Shown in pieces: positions 29,873 through 38,782 of a stretch of DNA of 64,000 bases. The translations under genes and the position numbers were made by a program. The notes under the pieces were generated by a model that saw nothing but the letters and a program-made list of their open reading frames with translations, was not told the DNA's origin and did not search any database. The number at the start of each line of letters is the position of its first letter. The stretch's first letter is position 1. The stretch lies in the IMG/VR virus record IMGVR_UViG_3300048919_000265; one strand, given 5' to 3'. The stretch is from a virus.

Positions 29873-30145
29873 TCAGCATTGAAATTTAAAAATTGCTGCC
29901 TCACCAAAGCTTTCGTTAACCAAGCTTTCTAGGCTTGGTTTTTGTTTCTCACCATTTAATATTTCTCTTGCTTTGTTCCCCATAAATGACATGCCTAGTA
30001 GCACATACTCCCTATCAAATGTGAAATTAGAATTCTTTGCTAGGCGATCTATCTCCTTAATCACTAGATTCATAACTTCTTCTCCATAAAGTGGTTTTAG
30101 TGGATTATTATCTGACATTAAAATTCCTCCCTTTAAATTCATCAT
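29873..30145 (-). CDS. Hypothetical protein
   Basis: RBS GGAGG before MSDNN. Confidence 0.65.
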   Translation of the reverse strand: MMNLKGGILMSDNNPLKPLYGEEVMNLVIKEIDRLAKNSNFTFDREYVLLGMSFMGNKAREILNGEKQKPSLESLVNESFGEAAIFKFQC

Positions 30146-30160
30146 AAGTTACTTTTTTAC

Positions 30161-30322
30161 TTAGTTTTCCGAGAATTTCTCTTCAGACCTTCCGCAGTTC
30201 GGACAAAAATTCGGTGCTTTGCTCCCTTTGCCAACAGTTTGGCAATTATTACATTTCCATGTACTAGGTTCATACTGTTCCCATGAACTTTTAGTTACTT
30301 CGAATAATTTATCACTTTTCAT
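30161..30322 (-). CDS. Rubredoxin-like zinc-ribbon protein
   Basis: WKCNNC....G..AP.FCPNCG. Confidence 0.65.
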   Translation of the reverse strand: MKSDKLFEVTKSSWEQYEPSTWKCNNCQTVGKGSKAPNFCPNCGRSEEKFSEN

Positions 30323-30341
30323 TAAAATCCCCCATCTAAAT

Positions 30342-30629
30342 TTAACATGTGTCAAAACTGAACCAACCATTATCCATCAATAATTCCAAATCCAAATACT
30401 CCTCGAATCCAGCCTTTATTTCAAACTCATCACAATCCTTGTAAGTTTTTACATCGTACTTAGACTGTAATACTGCAGAGGCCTCATACTTCCCACCGAC
30501 TTCAAAAAGTGATAGTGTATCGGGCACCATTTCTTCAATATCTTCTCTCGATACCTTGATTTCTTCTACCCTCAATATAGTGTCCTCTACAAGTTCCAAC
30601 TTATAGAATTTTAACTTACTATGATCCAT
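30342..30629 (-). CDS. Hypothetical acidic protein
   Basis: RBS AAGGAG. Confidence 0.65.
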   Translation of the reverse strand: MDHSKLKFYKLELVEDTILRVEEIKVSREDIEEMVPDTLSLFEVGGKYEASAVLQSKYDVKTYKDCDEFEIKAGFEEYLDLELLMDNGWFSFDTC

Positions 30630-30700
30630 ACTGACGCTCCTTTATTTTTACAATATGTGCGTGAAACATTTCACATCTTAGTCCTCGATTGTATGTAAAA

Positions 30701-30718
30701 AGGGGGATTTCTCCCCCT
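30701..30718 (-). terminator. Intrinsic terminator
   Basis: AGGGGGA/TCCCCCT stem followed by T-run on minus strand. Confidence 0.8.
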
Positions 30719-30737
30719 CAATGCGCCTAGCTAACCC

Positions 30738-31400
30738 TTAAAATCCTGGCAATTGATCCAAGTTGTTGCTTCTGAATCCGTCTGGTGAAGATCTCAAAAT
30801 CAACTCACCCTCACGGTTATTTTGCACTTCAATACCTTGCAATTGTCTGTCAAACGCTGCTTGAATCATGTCGGCATAATCCAATACTTGACCATTTTGC
30901 AGTTGGAAAGCCTCGATCACGCCACGGCCTCCTTTACGAACTGCAACAACTGGTACCCCATACGCGCGTGGGAAACGAGCCAAATACTCATTATTCAATT
31001 GTTCGTAACTAAGCTGTGGGATACCATTTTGATGTCCGGAAGGACGATTAGATTGACCGCCCACACTTGCCCCGGATTGAATGCCACCACTTGTCATACC
31101 GTCTTGTTGGGACATGCCAAATTGCTGGCTCATGCTTCCACTTTGACCGCTATTGTAGTTACTTCCAGAAGCTCCACCACCTGCATATCCTTGGCTACCA
31201 TTATATTGTGTGGACTCTCCACCAACATTATTAGTATATCCAGGGTTTGTGCTTCCTTGTCCTCCTTGGCCGAACTTTTGAATACGTTGTTGAATCTCTT
31301 GCTGTCCAGGACGCACATGGATTTTCCCACTATTAAGCATAGCCATGCTGTCTTCGTGATTATTAAAACCTTGGCCTTGGTTGTTTTGATAGTTACTCAT
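30738..31400 (-). CDS. DUF3892 domain protein with N-terminal Q/N/G/S low-complexity region
   Basis: C-terminal VAVRK...I..F.L.NG..LDY...LRS.PDG..SNNLD.LP.F; RBS AGGAGG before MSNYQNNQGQG. Confidence 0.8.
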   Translation of the reverse strand: MSNYQNNQGQGFNNHEDSMAMLNSGKIHVRPGQQEIQQRIQKFGQGGQGSTNPGYTNNVGGESTQYNGSQGYAGGGASGSNYNSGQSGSMSQQFGMSQQDGMTSGGIQSGASVGGQSNRPSGHQNGIPQLSYEQLNNEYLARFPRAYGVPVVAVRKGGRGVIEAFQLQNGQVLDYADMIQAAFDRQLQGIEVQNNREGELILRSSPDGFRSNNLDQLPGF

Positions 31401-31589
31401 GAGTTGTATCCTCCTAGGATTGTTGTTTTTGTTTTCCCCAACAACCTGTTCCGATACTCCTCTCCCGAAGTTCAAATTCTTCGGGCATCACCCCTCTCAA
31501 AGTTTATTTCAAATAGATACCTCTAATAAATGTATGAGGCCTTCTGTGTTCTGGGCCTTCTCCAACTTTAACCCATCATTTGGTGTACT

Positions 31590-32156
31590 TTATTCCCGAG
31601 AGAATGAATTCATTTGATTTAACATCCCTGTTCCCTCCGGAGTATCTTCCAATTTAGTCGCAAACTTTCCTAAGATGCACATTCTACTACCTCTGAAATA
31701 ACCTTCTACAGTATCTGTTAAATATCGCTCAAAATTATCTTCTTTGCTATAGTCAGTAATAACTTCTGCCAAACCATAACTTCTAGTCACTTCCAGAAGT
31801 TCTTCTAATTTTTTATCATTTACAGCGTGGTCGAAGATAAACCACGTCTCATCATCAGAAGATCCTCCAACATAAGTCCCAAATCCAATATCATACAAAT
31901 CTTCTTCAAATTTATCTGAAAAGTGTAAATGTTCATCGGATAAAAATCTGACCTCAAATCTATTATTAAATTTAATTACGTGAACTATGTTTGAGCGGCC
32001 CACTACTTCCTTATATTCCTTTCGTTTGAGGTGTATTAAAAGTATAGGTTCATTATTATCAAAAGATTCACTAACCGTTGGATGATTTTGTGCACCTTTT
32101 GTTAACTTAACTCCCTCAATTTTTCTAAGTTTGATCCTATCAAAGTCTGTAATCAC
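31590..32156 (-). CDS. Hypothetical protein
   Basis: 188-aa ORF, RBS AGGAGGG. Confidence 0.7.
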   Translation of the reverse strand: MITDFDRIKLRKIEGVKLTKGAQNHPTVSESFDNNEPILLIHLKRKEYKEVVGRSNIVHVIKFNNRFEVRFLSDEHLHFSDKFEEDLYDIGFGTYVGGSSDDETWFIFDHAVNDKKLEELLEVTRSYGLAEVITDYSKEDNFERYLTDTVEGYFRGSRMCILGKFATKLEDTPEGTGMLNQMNSFSRE

Positions 32157-32189
32157 AATAATACCCTCCTAGGTTAATTTATGTAATCA

Positions 32190-32213
32190 GTTTTGGGGTT
32201 AGGACCCCAAAAC
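32190..32213. terminator. Hairpin / probable terminator
   Basis: GTTTTGGGGT-tagg-ACCCCAAAAC. Confidence 0.55.
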
Positions 32214-32346
32214 GTTCCAATCCTCAACCTTCTAACACTGCATAACATTACAGTATTATGGTAAACACTTAACTCCTCAATACTACTGTGTAGGATCAGT
32301 TTTCAGCATGTTAAAGGTATAGTAGGGCTCAAAAATTATTCTCCTA

Positions 32347-32364
32347 ATATATATATATATATAT
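32347..32364. repeat. (AT)9 dinucleotide microsatellite
   Basis: ATATATATATATATATAT read directly. Confidence 0.85.
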
Positions 32365-32966
32365 TATAAATTATATCTCTTGCTATAGTGTTCTCTAAAC
32401 TCAACAAACTTATCCCAATCAAGATCAGCTTGGTCTATCATAACCTCACAGTACTTTTCGTTAGTTTTCCAAAACTTCTCTCTGACGTCTTCAGGTAGAG
32501 CATTTGCTGCACTGCGTATAGCACATACAAAGTTCAACAACTTAAAATGCCTTTCATCTTTCACAGCATTGGCATCTTTCCGAGGGAAAGCTATAAATCC
32601 TTTATCATAATTTTCTTTGATCTTTGCCTGCATCATGGGGGATATACCAACAAACCAACTTGCGTAACTAACATACTTCATGTCTTCTTTAGGTGTAGGT
32701 CCATACCAACGAATATAAACTTTCCTCTTAGATGGTTGGTTGTTGAAATATGTCATGAATTCATCATAAGTCAATAATGCCTTACTTGTGTACATCGTAG
32801 CAACATTTTTAATTCCTTGCTGATTAAGTATTTTGCCTAGAAGTTCTTCAATGCTGTCATGTCCAAAAAGGCTACTACGACCAGAAAATCCGATATTAGA
32901 ACCTTTGGTTTCAGACATAATTGTCACCATTTCAAAGTTATTCAAATATTCAATCGCTGGGCTCAT
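32364..32966 (-). CDS. Hypothetical protein
   Basis: RBS GAAAGGGG before MSPAIEY. Confidence 0.7.
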   Translation of the reverse strand: MSPAIEYLNNFEMVTIMSETKGSNIGFSGRSSLFGHDSIEELLGKILNQQGIKNVATMYTSKALLTYDEFMTYFNNQPSKRKVYIRWYGPTPKEDMKYVSYASWFVGISPMMQAKIKENYDKGFIAFPRKDANAVKDERHFKLLNFVCAIRSAANALPEDVREKFWKTNEKYCEVMIDQADLDWDKFVEFREHYSKRYNL

Positions 32967-32998
32967 ATTATTGGCCCCTTTCAAATTTGTCGGAGTCA

Positions 32999-33087
32999 TA
33001 AGCTCCATCGAAGAGTCGTATCTCCAACTCTTCTGTGCAACCTATGAATCTACTATTTATTGGTTTGCGCATCCTCGATAGAGCTTA
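32999..33087 (-). ncRNA. Candidate three-way-junction structured RNA (5' leader)
   Basis: 13-bp closing stem TAAGCTCTATCGA/TCGATGGAGCTTA enclosing two further stems. Confidence 0.4.
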
Positions 33088-33107
33088 GTCCTTCCGGAAA
33101 GCTATAG

Positions 33108-33452
33108 CTAGTAATTGCTTCTAACGACTTCTATAACGTTTTCTAAGTCTGAAGAACTCAGCCTACCAATACGGTACTCCAAATTACTACTGGGTATTGT
33201 ATTAATTTTAGATGTCCGTACAATAGATTTTCTATTTAGCCCTGCTGACTGCCAGTCAATTTCCACATCTCGGTAATCCCTCACAGAGTGAGTTGTTATG
33301 GTGGAAACTTGCGCGTCCAAATCCACCACCTTCAATGGCAACTGCTTAGATATTAACAATAAGGGCCTCCCCTTATCACCATCTCTAATGCTATCGAACC
33401 ATATATCCCCTTGTTTCTTGGTAGTGTTGGAAAATTTATTCATTCTTTCCAT
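33108..33452 (-). CDS. PemK/MazF family toxin (endoribonuclease)
   Basis: GDIW....K.RP.L++S, IT....R...DV.I.W..AGL...S.VR..K+.TI, IG.L...D motifs. Confidence 0.82.
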   Translation of the reverse strand: MERMNKFSNTTKKQGDIWFDSIRDGDKGRPLLLISKQLPLKVVDLDAQVSTITTHSVRDYRDVEIDWQSAGLNRKSIVRTSKINTIPSSNLEYRIGRLSSSDLENVIEVVRSNY

Positions 33453-33619
33453 CTAAGTCACTCCAATACTCTGAGAGATCCTCCAAGAGCAGGAGGAGTT
33501 CTTGCTCGGTCAGAGGCTTTCTGCCGAAATATTCCTTATTCATCATTCCAAGAAATTTAATGCGTTCCTCCATTAGACAAATTTCTCACCGCTTGAAAGA
33601 GTTCATCTGCTGTGTTCAA
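33436..33619 (-). pseudogene. Putative antitoxin split by 1-nt frameshift
   Basis: RBS GGAGGTG + TTG: NTADELFQAVRNLSN then +1 shift to EERIKFLGMM...DGKNE*; stop overlaps toxin start. Confidence 0.6.
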
Positions 33620-33638
33620 ATTAGCACACCTCCTAATA

Positions 33639-33668
33639 ATTATAAAAGTCAGTCCGACTAGACTTGAA
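33639..33668 (-). promoter_or_regulatory. Sigma-A-like promoter with palindromic operator for TA operon
   Basis: TTCAAG-18nt-TATAAT; near-palindrome AAGTC(T)AGTC-G-GACT-GACTT covers the spacer. Confidence 0.6.
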
Positions 33669-33768
33669 TAAATCACAGCACTTCATCTTATCTCCTCTAA
33701 TTACTTTATTAATGAATTAGATTTGCATAAAGACTGTTTAAACCTAGAGGTATTCTTCATTTCTGTCC

Positions 33769-34611
33769 TTAGAAAGTACTCATAGACTTCATTGATCTTT
33801 GTTCATGACTTTTTATGAAATCTGATATCTCTACATATGAGGTTTCCAAATCTAAATAGTTGCTCACGTCAAGTCCTAGTAACAAGGCTTTTCGTAACAT
33901 TAACATATTCTGAAAATTTATGTTATGATTAGCATATAAGGAAACATTTAAGCCTTGTGATAATCCTATCCTTATTTCTCTCATTTGCCTGCTGTCGAAC
34001 AAAGGAGTTACAAAAGGTCGTATATCAAACCCTTCTTTAATAGATTTCTTTATCTGAGAGATCTGGAATGGATTGTTATAAATCAAATCAACGCTATTAT
34101 GATTTCTTTGATACTCCGTGCTGTATAGTACTTGTTGTCTTAGATCCCTAAAAGATTGTTGATCCTCCATGCCACATAATTCCAAATTCTCTACGCAATT
34201 AAGAGCGCCTTTGTTACCCTTCACGTCTTTCCGCACAAGGTCAAAAGACTTTGCGCTGCAGATGAACAAATCACTCTCTGGGAGCTCAAATTCCTCCAGT
34301 ACCCAGACCTCTCCCGTCAAATAACTGTCAAATACTCCATACCTCTCTAAAGACTCGGACTCAATAATCTCAGTGATACCGAGTTTCTCAGTGTCTACTT
34401 TGAAAACAAGAAAAAGACCTTCTTGAACTTCTTCCACCAAGTCCAACCTCTCCGCACCTGAAGGGCAGGCACTCACAGCGCCTTCTATTGAAGTCGATAA
34501 GCAAATACGGGGGATATGCTTATCCTCTCCCACCATAGGATAGTAAGGTTCCCTAGGAACAAACTTCCTATCGGTATTCTCTAAGTCAAATCTAACATGA
34601 TATAGAATCAT
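33769..34611 (-). CDS. Phage-type protein, N-terminal H-STS-E (ART-like) domain plus C-terminal GL(D/N)VS.Y repeats
   Basis: LYHV...PRICLSTSIEG...TGEVW; repeats Q+.EIR.GL..GL.VS.YA. Confidence 0.6.
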   Translation of the reverse strand: MILYHVRFDLENTDRKFVPREPYYPMVGEDKHIPRICLSTSIEGAVSACPSGAERLDLVEEVQEGLFLVFKVDTEKLGITEIIESESLERYGVFDSYLTGEVWVLEEFELPESDLFICSAKSFDLVRKDVKGNKGALNCVENLELCGMEDQQSFRDLRQQVLYSTEYQRNHNSVDLIYNNPFQISQIKKSIKEGFDIRPFVTPLFDSRQMREIRIGLSQGLNVSLYANHNINFQNMLMLRKALLLGLDVSNYLDLETSYVEISDFIKSHEQRSMKSMSTF

Positions 34612-34672
34612 ATAACTACCATAGCCTTTCCAGTTTTGAGTTCCAATCGAAATTCATATAATTTCCTCCTAA

Positions 34673-35137
34673 TCAATACCACTGATCATTCTCTACATAT
34701 ATTAGAACTTTCTTGTTTTCTATGTGGCCATAAGAATCAGCATAAGCTTCAATCAGCGCTTTATAACAACCGCCTTCATTCACTCTTTCTTCCTCTGCTA
34801 TCTTTAACCAATCATCAAAAGTCACTATACCGCGGCTAGCCACTCCTACTGAATCCAGTTGATCTATGCGTTTAACTACCTTACTCGCCTCTTCTAAGTT
34901 CAATCCTAATGCTGCAAAATCTTGATCCTCAGTTAAAGAATCGTCGCTAATAAAGTCTCCTACCACACTGGCATGCTTACTCGTATAATGGTTAAAACAA
35001 TGGCGAAAACCATAAGGCAAAGTCAACCCTTCAGGGAGTATATCATAATTAATTTCAACATTAACGAATTTCTCTTCACTGTCATGATACTTGCTCAATC
35101 CCACAATAATTACACTAACTGTAACATCCAATCCCAT
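34673..35137 (-). CDS. Hypothetical protein (MGLD-start phage-type family)
   Basis: ORF with RBS GGAGG. Confidence 0.7.
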   Translation of the reverse strand: MGLDVTVSVIIVGLSKYHDSEEKFVNVEINYDILPEGLTLPYGFRHCFNHYTSKHASVVGDFISDDSLTEDQDFAALGLNLEEASKVVKRIDQLDSVGVASRGIVTFDDWLKIAEEERVNEGGCYKALIEAYADSYGHIENKKVLIYVENDQWY

Positions 35138-35241
35138 TCCAATAACCTCCTAATATGTAGATTCTCTTTCAAGAATCGTGGTACCCATTGTCTTACTTAC
35201 CACTCTCACCTGCACTTATGTATAATGTGGGAAACCTTGTC

Positions 35242-35628
35242 TTATAGGTTTCCCCCTTCGCTAGCAAATGACGCACCGACCACAATAATCATTACTTGGC
35301 TATCCTCAGGCTCATCGTCTTCCTCGTAAATTTCCACTTCTTTCACTTTCTTTCCATTATCCCAAGCACATACTCTAGCCTTACCATGAAACCTACTATT
35401 TGCATAATCGTTAGCTATCTCTATTGCTTTGTTCTCATCGGTGTCTGCATATTCTAAATTCCAATGTTCTTCGTAATTTTCTGAGAAAGTCTCAGCAGTG
35501 TAAATTAATATTGCATTATAAAGATCAGATTTCATTAATTCTATCGCCTCCTCTCCAACCTCTTTGTATCCAATAAGGGTTTTACAAAAATCCAATCCTT
35601 TTAAGCTACTTTGTTTTTTATTACACAC
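35242..35628 (-). CDS. Hypothetical acidic protein
   Basis: ORF; start uncertain. Confidence 0.55.
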   Translation of the reverse strand: MCNKKQSSLKGLDFCKTLIGYKEVGEEAIELMKSDLYNAILIYTAETFSENYEEHWNLEYADTDENKAIEIANDYANSRFHGKARVCAWDNGKKVKEVEIYEEDDEPEDSQVMIIVVGASFASEGGNL

Positions 35629-35777
35629 ATTTGAAATTACCCAGATGAATTCATTCTTTATTAGCGTCTATCTTCACTAAATACTCGTACTCTCGCTTTT
35701 AACTCAACCGGGAATCTTTCACATTGCCAACAATAACAAAGTTAGGTAGATGTTTCTTTCATAATTAACAAACTAAG

Positions 35778-36287
35778 TTATTCGATACTATCGCCAAATG
35801 AAATAAGCTCATTCTCATACCATACACTATAGTTGCACCCTGCAAAATCCGAGCCTTTCCAAACGGGTGTTACATTTACCTCAAAGTTACGAAACCTATA
35901 CACATAGGTTTCCCATTCTTCAATAGTCTCTTGCTTCCCAACAAAAATACTATCCTTTAAATCCACAAATATACCATCATGATCCACACTCAAACCTTGA
36001 CTATTGTTGAAAAATCTCTTACCTTTCAAAGGCCCGACCAGTACCTCAACAACCAAGGAAGTCATTAGCAATTCTGAAGGGGCAACAACTGGGAACACTT
36101 GATTTTTCCTAATAGGGAGGAGTCGGCAGTCCATACCATTATCGAAAGAAAATTCCAGGATTGGGAGAAGTTCACCTTCTTTAAAAAATTCCAGTGCAAA
36201 TCCCGGACGCTCGAGATTACGCACAGCAACCGAGCAATCACCTACTTTGGTAAGCTGAAGGCTTGAAGATACCTTATCAATTTCCAT
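35778..36287 (-). CDS. Hypothetical protein
   Basis: RBS GGAGG. Confidence 0.7.
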   Translation of the reverse strand: MEIDKVSSSLQLTKVGDCSVAVRNLERPGFALEFFKEGELLPILEFSFDNGMDCRLLPIRKNQVFPVVAPSELLMTSLVVEVLVGPLKGKRFFNNSQGLSVDHDGIFVDLKDSIFVGKQETIEEWETYVYRFRNFEVNVTPVWKGSDFAGCNYSVWYENELISFGDSIE

Positions 36288-36352
36288 GTACTAACCTCCA
36301 ATTTTCCATTAGAATGTTATAATAATGGATGAAATTTTAGAGTCAATCCTCC

Positions 36353-36727
36353 TCATAGAATTCTTCCTCTTTCACCCTTCTTAACCAAACTTACCTCTTC
36401 TGAATAGTAACCATTGCTTGACACATACCAACGAACAGTAACATAGCCCTTAATTGTAGCAAACTTGTAAAAAGTCCATGTACCTGACTCCTCTGCTTCG
36501 GGATCTTTCTCACTAACTTCTTCGGCCATAGTTAGTGGATAACCAATCAAATTACCTAAATCTCCCTCTATATCTTCGATGTATACACCCTTACAGCAAT
36601 CTTCCTTATGATACATTTCATATCGAGTTCCATTGTCAAACGTAAAGATTATATAATCCTCTTCTTCATTTACATACACTTCCTGCAAAGTTTTGCCCAA
36701 GAACTCAGTAATTATCGTTGCTGACAT
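36353..36727 (-). CDS. Conserved phage protein (DUF7448-like), paralog A
   Basis: DCC..V.IEDI.GDL, AEE, TWTFYK.AT.KG.V..RW..SNGYYSE. Confidence 0.75.
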   Translation of the reverse strand: MSATIITEFLGKTLQEVYVNEEEDYIIFTFDNGTRYEMYHKEDCCKGVYIEDIEGDLGNLIGYPLTMAEEVSEKDPEAEESGTWTFYKFATIKGYVTVRWYVSSNGYYSEEVSLVKKGERGRIL

Positions 36728-36892
36728 ATGCGCTGACCCCCAGTTATAATATTTTCCTGTGCGAGTAAATTAATTATTCCATAAATCATTTCCTTTTATA
36801 ATGTCTATCTGATATTTTATCATAAAAGGAAATAACTGCTTTTAACGTGGTGCAGACTAAGTGTTATAGTTAAGACGTTTGACTATTGAGGA

Positions 36893-37255
36893 CTAGTTAG
36901 TATTCATCTTAGACAAATATACCTCTTCTGCATAATAACCATTGCTTGCCCCATACCATCGCATAGTGACATACCCCTTAATGGTGGCAAACTTATAGAA
37001 AGTCCAAGTTCCGGATTCGTGGGCCTCGTGATCTTCTTCACTTATTTCCTCCGCCATAGTTAAGGGAGAACCAATTAGATTACCTAAAGTGCCTGCTATA
37101 TCCTCAATATACACGGATGCGCATGAATCCTCAAGCTGGCACATTTTATATTGATCCCCGTTATCAAACGTAAAAATTATGTAATCATCTTCCTCATCTA
37201 CAAATACTTCTTGCAGAACTTTCCCCAGAAATTCTTCAATTATAGTTGTTGACAT
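36893..37255 (-). CDS. Conserved phage protein (DUF7448-like), paralog B
   Basis: Same motifs; clearly alignable with 36353-36727. Confidence 0.75.
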   Translation of the reverse strand: MSTTIIEEFLGKVLQEVFVDEEDDYIIFTFDNGDQYKMCQLEDSCASVYIEDIAGTLGNLIGSPLTMAEEISEEDHEAHESGTWTFYKFATIKGYVTMRWYGASNGYYAEEVYLSKMNTN

Positions 37256-37415
37256 ATGTGATACCTCCATTTATAATAAATCAATCGTTTACTGGTTCAT
37301 TATTTCTTCCAGTTTAGTATAAACGCTTCACAAGTTTTAAAAGGGTTTATACTAAACTTCTAATTATCAAACATTAATCAATGACCTCTCCAACTTCATA
37401 CTAAACCTTTTATGA

Positions 37416-38090
37416 CTAACCACCATTTCTCTTCATTTGTTGTAATTTAATCTCTTCCATAAATTCTTTAAGTAAGAAGTCCCCATCACCGTACATAAAA
37501 TCAGAAAAACAACCAACATCTATAGCCCTAACTTTATTTCCCTGAATAAAAATACTTGACAACTTCAAATCTAAAGGAAACAGTCCTCGAGATCTAACAA
37601 ATTTAAACATGTCTTTGATATCTGTTAAGGTGGAATCAGTTAACACTCCTCCTTTAGATAAGAAGTTATACAAATTCTGTCCTTCTATCTTTTCCATAAG
37701 AAGAAATTTTCCAGGTACATAACCATATAACTCAGGGAACCATTTATTATCCCCTAATATTTCTAGTACTTCCTCATCAAAATACTCTTCTCCATCAATA
37801 GCTCTAGGTTCTGTATCTTTAGAATGTATTTTTAAAACTATTTTACTTCCTGATAACGCTGTGTATTCAAAACAACTACCGAAGTCTCCACTGCCTAAAT
37901 AATTTAATTCCTTAAAAAGCTGCTTCTCTTCTATAATGCTATTTATAATATTGAAATCACGGAAACTAAGGTATTCGCTTAAGATAACTATATCATCATT
38001 TTGAACTTCTAATGATCCTGCCTTTAAGTGTTTATTACTCCTTAATTCATCAGCACATACATTCAAAGAAAAACTATCCATATCTCGCAT
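37416..38090 (-). CDS. Hanks-type/RIO-like Ser/Thr protein kinase
   Basis: LGSGDFG Gly loop, VLK, FPELYG, LLMEKIEG, DLKLSSI catalytic loop, IDVG. Confidence 0.78.
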   Translation of the reverse strand: MRDMDSFSLNVCADELRSNKHLKAGSLEVQNDDIVILSEYLSFRDFNIINSIIEEKQLFKELNYLGSGDFGSCFEYTALSGSKIVLKIHSKDTEPRAIDGEEYFDEEVLEILGDNKWFPELYGYVPGKFLLMEKIEGQNLYNFLSKGGVLTDSTLTDIKDMFKFVRSRGLFPLDLKLSSIFIQGNKVRAIDVGCFSDFMYGDGDFLLKEFMEEIKLQQMKRNGG

Positions 38091-38115
38091 ATTATACCTC
38101 TAAGTGTTAATGAGG

Positions 38116-38409
38116 TTAACACTTCAATCTATTTTTATGATACATAACTGCCACGGTAATGAAACCTAGAACTGCTATAAATATCAATGAATCTGCCAGC
38201 ACGATACTCCAATGACTGTTTAAGAACCATCCTTTGATTAAGACATCTAAAGACTCTGAAAATTTCGATTGAGTTAACGCTTCTTGTAACACTGGTTGTA
38301 ACGAGATAGTGGCGATCACCAAACATGCAATTGATAACTCAGACACATGAAATAGATCCACCTTTGACGGAACCTTCATTCCCTTCATCCCTCCTTTAGA
38401 GTTAACCAA
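38116..38409 (-). CDS. Small membrane protein
   Basis: Two hydrophobic segments. Confidence 0.6.
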   Translation of the reverse strand: MVNSKGGMKGMKVPSKVDLFHVSELSIACLVIATISLQPVLQEALTQSKFSESLDVLIKGWFLNSHWSIVLADSLIFIAVLGFITVAVMYHKNRLKC

Positions 38410-38782
38410 TCGAACTGGTAAACCAACTTCCTAAAATAACCCCACAAGTTTCACAAACTACATAATTCATAAAAGTTGTTTCAGGCAGCAACTTGCGACC
38501 TAATGATAATTTCTCACTGCCACAGATGCGGCACTCTTTTTTCACTTCTAGATTAGTACATAGATCTTGTAAACGCTTTTGGGTGTCCTCATCATTGAGA
38601 CTAAAATCAGAACTATGGAAGATCTCCAACACTTTCTTAACATCCCTCACAGAAAGACATCCCGAATACGTTAATATTTTCAAATTATCAACATTCCTGC
38701 TAGCGTTATACTTATTAGACTGCTTAGCACCTAATTCCTTAACTCCTATATTTATCTTCTTAAAAATTGAATTTGACATCAC
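38402..38782 (-). CDS. Hypothetical protein with C-terminal Zn ribbon
   Basis: CRICGS...VCETCG. Confidence 0.65.
   Translation of the reverse strand: MMSNSIFKKINIGVKELGAKQSNKYNASRNVDNLKILTYSGCLSVRDVKKVLEIFHSSDFSLNDEDTQKRLQDLCTNLEVKKECRICGSEKLSLGRKLLPETTFMNYVVCETCGVILGSWFTSSIG

Noticed and set aside
32337-32372. Bacillus dif-like site (CCTA-ATATAT-TTAT)
   Set aside because: The spacer is far longer than 6 bp and the arms match poorly; better explained as an AT microsatellite.
33062-33070. c-di-GMP-I riboswitch (GCAAACC resemblance)
   Set aside because: Lacks the GAAA tetraloop, the GGGACGCAAA core and the receptor stem.
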